Position numbers and translations under genes: made by a program. Below are positions 43,460-47,706 of a stretch of 47,706 nt of DNA, piece after piece. How positions within the stretch are numbered: the first letter of the stretch is position 1; the number at the start of each line of letters is the position of its first letter. The stretch is taken from contig JALWKB010000126.1 of the NCBI GenBank assembly GCA_026996805.1, positions 1 through 47,706 of the forward strand. The letters run 5' to 3'. Below the pieces are notes generated by a model. That model was not told where the DNA came from. It worked only from the letters and a program-made list of their open reading frames with translations, and did not search any database. This DNA is from Saprospiraceae bacterium. GTDB taxonomy: Bacteria > Bacteroidota > Bacteroidia > Chitinophagales > Saprospiraceae.

Positions 43460-45709
43460 TTACTTCTTCCGACCGCCCTTGAGCTGCTCTTGAAGGGCTT
43501 TGAGCTCATCCCATTTGCCCTCGGCAGCCAACGCAGCCTGCTCCGGCCACGTCGTCGGATCGTGCATCTTATAGCGCGAACCCGCTTGAAGGAGTATCTC
43601 GCGAATCTTTTCAGGATCGGTATTGGCCAAATCGCGATAGGTACGGATCCCCGCTTCTTGAAGTATTTGCGAGATCTTCGGCCCAATACCCTCGATCTTC
43701 CTCAGATCATCTACTTCCGCGCTCTCCTCCGACGCTGCAGCCTTTTCGCCGGCGCTTTCCTCTATAACCTCCTGCGCGTCCTTTTCTTCTTTGCTCTCTT
43801 CTTGTTTGCCTTCCTCCTGCTCGGATTCAACACTTGCGGGCTCTTCTTCTACGAGCTTTTTCTTAATGTCTTCAAACACACCGAGCTCACCCAGTACCGT
43901 CGTCTCTTTCTTCTGCTGTTTGAGCACCTTTTCAACCTCCTTGCGCTCCTGCTCGGCTGCCTCTCCCAGCTCTTCCTTCTTCTTATCTTCCCAATAGCGC
44001 AGGTGGGATAAGATGATCCTTCGATTTTCTCGGTTGAACTCGATGACTTTTACAGGGATGGTTTCACCCTCTTCGGGATAGCTCTTATCCTCTTTGCGCA
44101 AGTGATTTTGCGGAACAAATCCCTCTACTCCATAGGGCAGCTGGACAACAGCTCCATTGCGCTCCATGCGCAGGATTGTAGCCTCATGACTTGTGCCCTC
44201 TGCAAAGACCTCTTCAAAGGTATCCCATGGATTTTCCGTCAATTGCTTGTGACCAAGGATGAGCTTGCGCCGCTCTTTATCGATCTCCAGTACGATGACA
44301 TCGAGCTCATCGCCGACGTTGACGTACTCCGACGGATGGTGAAATCGCTTAATCCACGAAAGATCGTTGACGTGTACACTGCCAATGATGCCTTCTTCGA
44401 GCTCGACAATGACATTATACGGAGTTAGATTGATGACCTTGCCCTTGTGGACACTGCCGACGGGATATTTTTCGTCGACCTTATTCCAAGGATCCTCGGT
44501 CAACTGTTTTATACTCAGCGACATCCTGCGATCTTCCCTGTTGATGGCGATGATCTTGGCCTCCACTTCCTGTCCTTTCTGGAAGTACTCCCGGGCATTG
44601 ATGGGCTTGTTGCTCCACGATACTTCCGACAGGTGAATCAAGCCCTCTACGCCGGGCTGAACTTCAATGAAGGCTCCGTAATCCTCGATTTTGACCACTT
44701 TGCCCTTGACGATCTTGCCCTCCTTGTAGTCTTCAGGCAACAAATCCCACGGATGCGGCTGCAACTGCTTCAAGCCGAGGGAAATGCGCTTCTTCTCCTC
44801 GTCGTAGTCGAGCACTACGACATTGAGCTTCTGGTTGAGCTCGAGCACTTCCGATGGATGCGAAATGCGCACCCACGAAATGTCCGTCTTGTACAACAAG
44901 CCGTCGACGCCGCCGAGATCCAAAAACGCGCCAAAATCGGTAATATTCTTGACCGTACCTTCCAGGACTTGTCCAATCTCCAACTCGCGAATGATCTTCT
45001 CCCGCTGCTCCGCAAGCTCGGACTCGATGATCGCCTTGTGCGAAACTACGGCGTTGAAGATCGCCTCGTTGATCTTTACTACCTTAAACTCCATCGTCTT
45101 GCCCACATACGAATCGTAATCGATGATGGGCTTGACGTCGATCTGCGAGCCCGGCAAAAAGGTCTCCAATCCGCCAACGTCGACGATCAATCCACCCTTC
45201 GTCTTGCTGATGATCTTGCCGCGAATGATCTCACCCGTCTCATAGGCGCGCTTGATCATCTCCCACGCCTTGATCAATCGAGCTTTCCTCCTCGACAAAA
45301 TCAACCGCCCTTTGGGATCCTCCAACCGCTCAATGTACACATCTACCTCATCGCCGGGCTTCAAATCCGGCATGTCGTCAAACTCCGACAGCGGAACCAA
45401 TCCATTCGACTTGTAATTGATGTCGACAATGGCATGGCTCTTCGTCAATCCCAGAATCTTCCCCTTGACGACGTCGCCCTCCGAAAAGGTCCGTATCGTC
45501 TGGGTGTACTTCTCTAAAAGGGCCTGCTTCTCCTCCTCACTGTACGGAAGCTGATAGTCGTTGCCAATGCTCCAATCAAAATCCTCCTCCACTACACCCA
45601 CCTCCGAGGAAGATTCCGAATTCTCTGTGGTAGATCCCTCCGTGCCCTGAGGCATCATCGACGATGCATCGGGGGTTTCCTCCGGACGAATGTTTTGATC
45701 TTCTATCAT
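43460..45709 (-). CDS. rpsA: 30S ribosomal protein S1 with acidic linker and helix-hairpin-helix C-terminal extension (749 aa)
   Basis: Six S1/OB repeats are present (GDVVKGKILGL..., GEIIRGKIISKTKGGLIVDV, GQVLEGTVKNITDFGAFLDLG, GKIVKGKVVKIEDYGAFIEV, GSVHKGKVINLTPYNVIVEL, TSHEATILRMERNGAVVQL). About 90 aa of E/K-rich linker follow, then DDLRKIEGIGPKISQILQEAGIRTYRDLA...MHDPTTWPEQAALAAEGKWDEL. Confidence 0.93.
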   Translation of the reverse strand: MIEDQNIRPEETPDASSMMPQGTEGSTTENSESSSEVGVVEEDFDWSIGNDYQLPYSEEEKQALLEKYTQTIRTFSEGDVVKGKILGLTKSHAIVDINYKSNGLVPLSEFDDMPDLKPGDEVDVYIERLEDPKGRLILSRRKARLIKAWEMIKRAYETGEIIRGKIISKTKGGLIVDVGGLETFLPGSQIDVKPIIDYDSYVGKTMEFKVVKINEAIFNAVVSHKAIIESELAEQREKIIRELEIGQVLEGTVKNITDFGAFLDLGGVDGLLYKTDISWVRISHPSEVLELNQKLNVVVLDYDEEKKRISLGLKQLQPHPWDLLPEDYKEGKIVKGKVVKIEDYGAFIEVQPGVEGLIHLSEVSWSNKPINAREYFQKGQEVEAKIIAINREDRRMSLSIKQLTEDPWNKVDEKYPVGSVHKGKVINLTPYNVIVELEEGIIGSVHVNDLSWIKRFHHPSEYVNVGDELDVIVLEIDKERRKLILGHKQLTENPWDTFEEVFAEGTSHEATILRMERNGAVVQLPYGVEGFVPQNHLRKEDKSYPEEGETIPVKVIEFNRENRRIILSHLRYWEDKKKEELGEAAEQERKEVEKVLKQQKKETTVLGELGVFEDIKKKLVEEEPASVESEQEEGKQEESKEEKDAQEVIEESAGEKAAASEESAEVDDLRKIEGIGPKISQILQEAGIRTYRDLANTDPEKIREILLQAGSRYKMHDPTTWPEQAALAAEGKWDELKALQEQLKGGRKK

Positions 45710-45769
45710 GTATCCAACACATTTTGTATGCTCGCCTGTGCAAGCAGGGTTAACACCATTTTAGGCGCG

Positions 45770-45777
45770 CAAAGATA
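45770..45777 (-). promoter_or_regulatory. Exact TATCTTTG -7 promoter box for rpsA
   Basis: The plus strand reads CAAAGATA. It lies 60 nt upstream of the rpsA ATG (45709). Confidence 0.5.
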
Positions 45778-46030
45778 ATGCTTTTTTCACTAAATCCATG
45801 CGATTAGCACACTCATTTTCACACTTTTAGATTTTATTCCGACGCCCACCCATCCACCCAATGCCGCCCACAGCTCACCAGCCACCTCTTTCATCGGTAT
45901 AAAATCGCCGTCCAAACGACCACACGCCTCCACCACAAGGCAAACAGTCACATAGCAGCCTAAGTATCACGATTTTATACCTCAAATGAATAAAAACGGA
46001 AAAAGTCATCACCCCCAAACAGGCTATGCC

Positions 46031-47706
46031 TTAATCGAGCAACATGATTTTATCCGTATGATGGCCAAACCGAGAATAGAGGGAGTAGAAAAACACCGAG
46101 CCGTGTGCTTCCAGGTCTTTGCGCTTCAATCGAAGGAATTGCTCGCCCGCCTCAAAGGCGCGTTGCACTGCCAAAATGCGCTTGCCCGTCGCGTTGAAGA
46201 CTTCTAGGCGCACGACATCGGACTCGGGTAAGTACAGCCTGATATAGCCCTCGTCGAGCATGGGGTTGGGCTGAAATGGATACACTGCAAAGCGCCCGGG
46301 CTCGACCGATTGATGCTGCAGTCGAAGTTGTTTCAACTCTCCCGAGGCGGTGACGACCTCCGCTACCCCTGAGACAAATGGCTGTGCATCGACAGAGGGA
46401 GAGGCCTCTTCAAAGGCAAAGGCAAATACTACTTCGTCAACCTCCGATCGCGTGTCCGTCCATAAAATGGACATCGTGCGATGGGTTTGCTTCCACTCGA
46501 GTGGTGCAAACCACACATGCGCATCGGTTGCGAGATTTTGGGGCTGATCCACGGGTCCAATGTAACGCCAACTCGAAGGAACAGACCATTGCATGCGCAC
46601 CCCATGCAGTGCGCGCAGCGGAATGCCAATTTCCATGATTTTATACCCCTCTCTTGAGCGATAGATGCGATAGTGGCCTTTTGCTATCGGTGCGCGTACC
46701 TGAGCGTTTAGGAGCATCGACGACGCCGATAGATCAACGTCCCCCATGCGTACACCGCGGATATGTAGCTCTACAGTGGCTGTCGAGTCCGGATAGTGTA
46801 CCTCCAGCTTACCACAGGGGATTTGCGTACCACGAGGCTGACAACCCGCAGCGTAAAACATCCATTGGCTGCGATGGGCAAAGGGATTGGTCCTGCCGAG
46901 CAAGATGTCGCGCAACTGCACCATATCTTTCGACGACAGACGAGTATCGCCGTTGAGATCCGCAGCAAAGTATTGCGCCGACCTCTCGAAAGGACGCAGG
47001 CCGAGGAGATGCAACTGCATTCTCCATAGATCCCGTACCGTTAGGCCATCGTATCTGCGCAAGCGACCATACTGCACATGTACCGTATAGCTTGATTTTG
47101 CCTTTGGTGTAAAATCGAAGGAATAATATCCGTTTGCGTCGGTCTTCACCACGCCATTGTCCACCTCATCGACCAATACCGTTGCTCCTACTATCGCGTG
47201 ACCAAAGGGATCGAGCACCTTCCCTCCCAAAACTGGGGGCAAAGGTCCACCACACAAACCGTTGGCATCATTTAACACCAGTACCGTCGTGCACGAATCA
47301 ATCGTATTGTTGATCGTATCGATGACATAGAGCTTGATGACAAAGGTCTTACTCTGCTGGCCCATCAATGAATCACAGGTGTACGTGCGACAAGAATCAC
47401 CGAGGTTGTTCTTGTTCATCGTAACGATGAGATTGCTGTCGGGCACGCAGTTGTCCGACTTGACAACCCCAAAGTGTCTGGGGCATACCTGCACCTGCAC
47501 CTGCCCCCTCTCGGTACGCTCCAATGTAGCCGTATAGGGACTACATGTCAACATCGGAGGCACCGTATCGACAATGCGAATAGACACAATCGTCGTATCG
47601 CGATTACAACACGAATCCTCATAGACAAACGTCACCAGCGTCACCCCAATGGGATACTCCCCCGATATATCCAGCGAATCCGGTGCACCAAACGGCGCAT
47701 CGTGCA
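46031..47706 (-). CDS. Large secreted protein with HYR-like, carboxypeptidase-regulatory-like and dockerin-like modules and a T9SS type A C-terminal sorting domain (5' end beyond the window)
   Basis: The frame stays open upstream of the track start (47644) to the window edge (...HDAPFGAPDSLDISGEYPIGVTLVTFVYEDSCCNRDTTIVSIRIVD, HYR-like). GGKVLDPFGHAIVGATVLVD...TDANGYYSF is CarboxypepD_reg-like. DLNGDTRLSSKDMVQLRDILLG is dockerin/EF-hand-like. The C-terminus YPFQPNPMLDEGYIRLYLPESDVVRLEVFNATGKRIL... is a type A CTD. Confidence 0.8.
   Translation of the reverse strand, partial: HDAPFGAPDSLDISGEYPIGVTLVTFVYEDSCCNRDTTIVSIRIVDTVPPMLTCSPYTATLERTERGQVQVQVCPRHFGVVKSDNCVPDSNLIVTMNKNNLGDSCRTYTCDSLMGQQSKTFVIKLYVIDTINNTIDSCTTVLVLNDANGLCGGPLPPVLGGKVLDPFGHAIVGATVLVDEVDNGVVKTDANGYYSFDFTPKAKSSYTVHVQYGRLRRYDGLTVRDLWRMQLHLLGLRPFERSAQYFAADLNGDTRLSSKDMVQLRDILLGRTNPFAHRSQWMFYAAGCQPRGTQIPCGKLEVHYPDSTATVELHIRGVRMGDVDLSASSMLLNAQVRAPIAKGHYRIYRSREGYKIMEIGIPLRALHGVRMQWSVPSSWRYIGPVDQPQNLATDAHVWFAPLEWKQTHRTMSILWTDTRSEVDEVVFAFAFEEASPSVDAQPFVSGVAEVVTASGELKQLRLQHQSVEPGRFAVYPFQPNPMLDEGYIRLYLPESDVVRLEVFNATGKRILAVQRAFEAGEQFLRLKRKDLEAHGSVFFYSLYSRFGHHTDKIMLLD

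Noticed and set aside
44447-45517. 356-aa plus-strand ORF (and several shorter ones) opposite rpsA
   Set aside because: It is antisense to the six-repeat S1 gene. The sequence is repetitive and leucine/arginine-rich, reflecting the complement of the repeated S1 codons.

Overview
This 47.7-kb window reads as core chromosome of a Bacteroidota bacterium. Lineage evidence: two type IX secretion (T9SS) C-terminal sorting domains, a short (~290 aa) primary sigma factor, and recurring TAnnTTTG -7 promoter boxes. Lineage-typical synteny is also present: miaB / sigma-54 activator / lptE / secG / groESL, then glgA-like / DUF4270 / glmS, then DUF4290 / murA. I call about 40 intact protein genes, packed tightly with several 1-4 nt start/stop overlaps. 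They cover translation (trmD, tsaC, miaB, asnS, metG, rpsA), envelope precursor synthesis (glmS, murA, lptE), chaperones (groES/groEL), chromosome partitioning (parA/parB), central metabolism (gap, gpmI, serA-like, aroE) and DNA repair (ruvC, mpg). There is also one tRNA-Glu(UUC), four clear intrinsic terminators and a set of promoter boxes. I see no CRISPR array, transposase, integrase, prophage, toxin-antitoxin, defence island or biosynthetic cluster. The most unusual items are modest and all need experimental or comparative confirmation. (1) A 168-nt ORF-free, partly self-complementary spacer lies between tRNA-Glu and its terminator. (2) An AT-rich ~580-bp orphan gap downstream of groEL carries a terminator-capped small-RNA candidate. 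(3) An uncharacterised lipoprotein plus outer-membrane beta-barrel gene pair lies at 38.1-41.0 kb. (4) Ribosomal protein S1 carries a ~170-aa acidic linker plus helix-hairpin-helix C-terminal extension. (5) A sensor-less sigma-54 activator is translationally coupled to lptE and secG. Many long ORFs in the supplied track are antisense shadows of real genes and were rejected.
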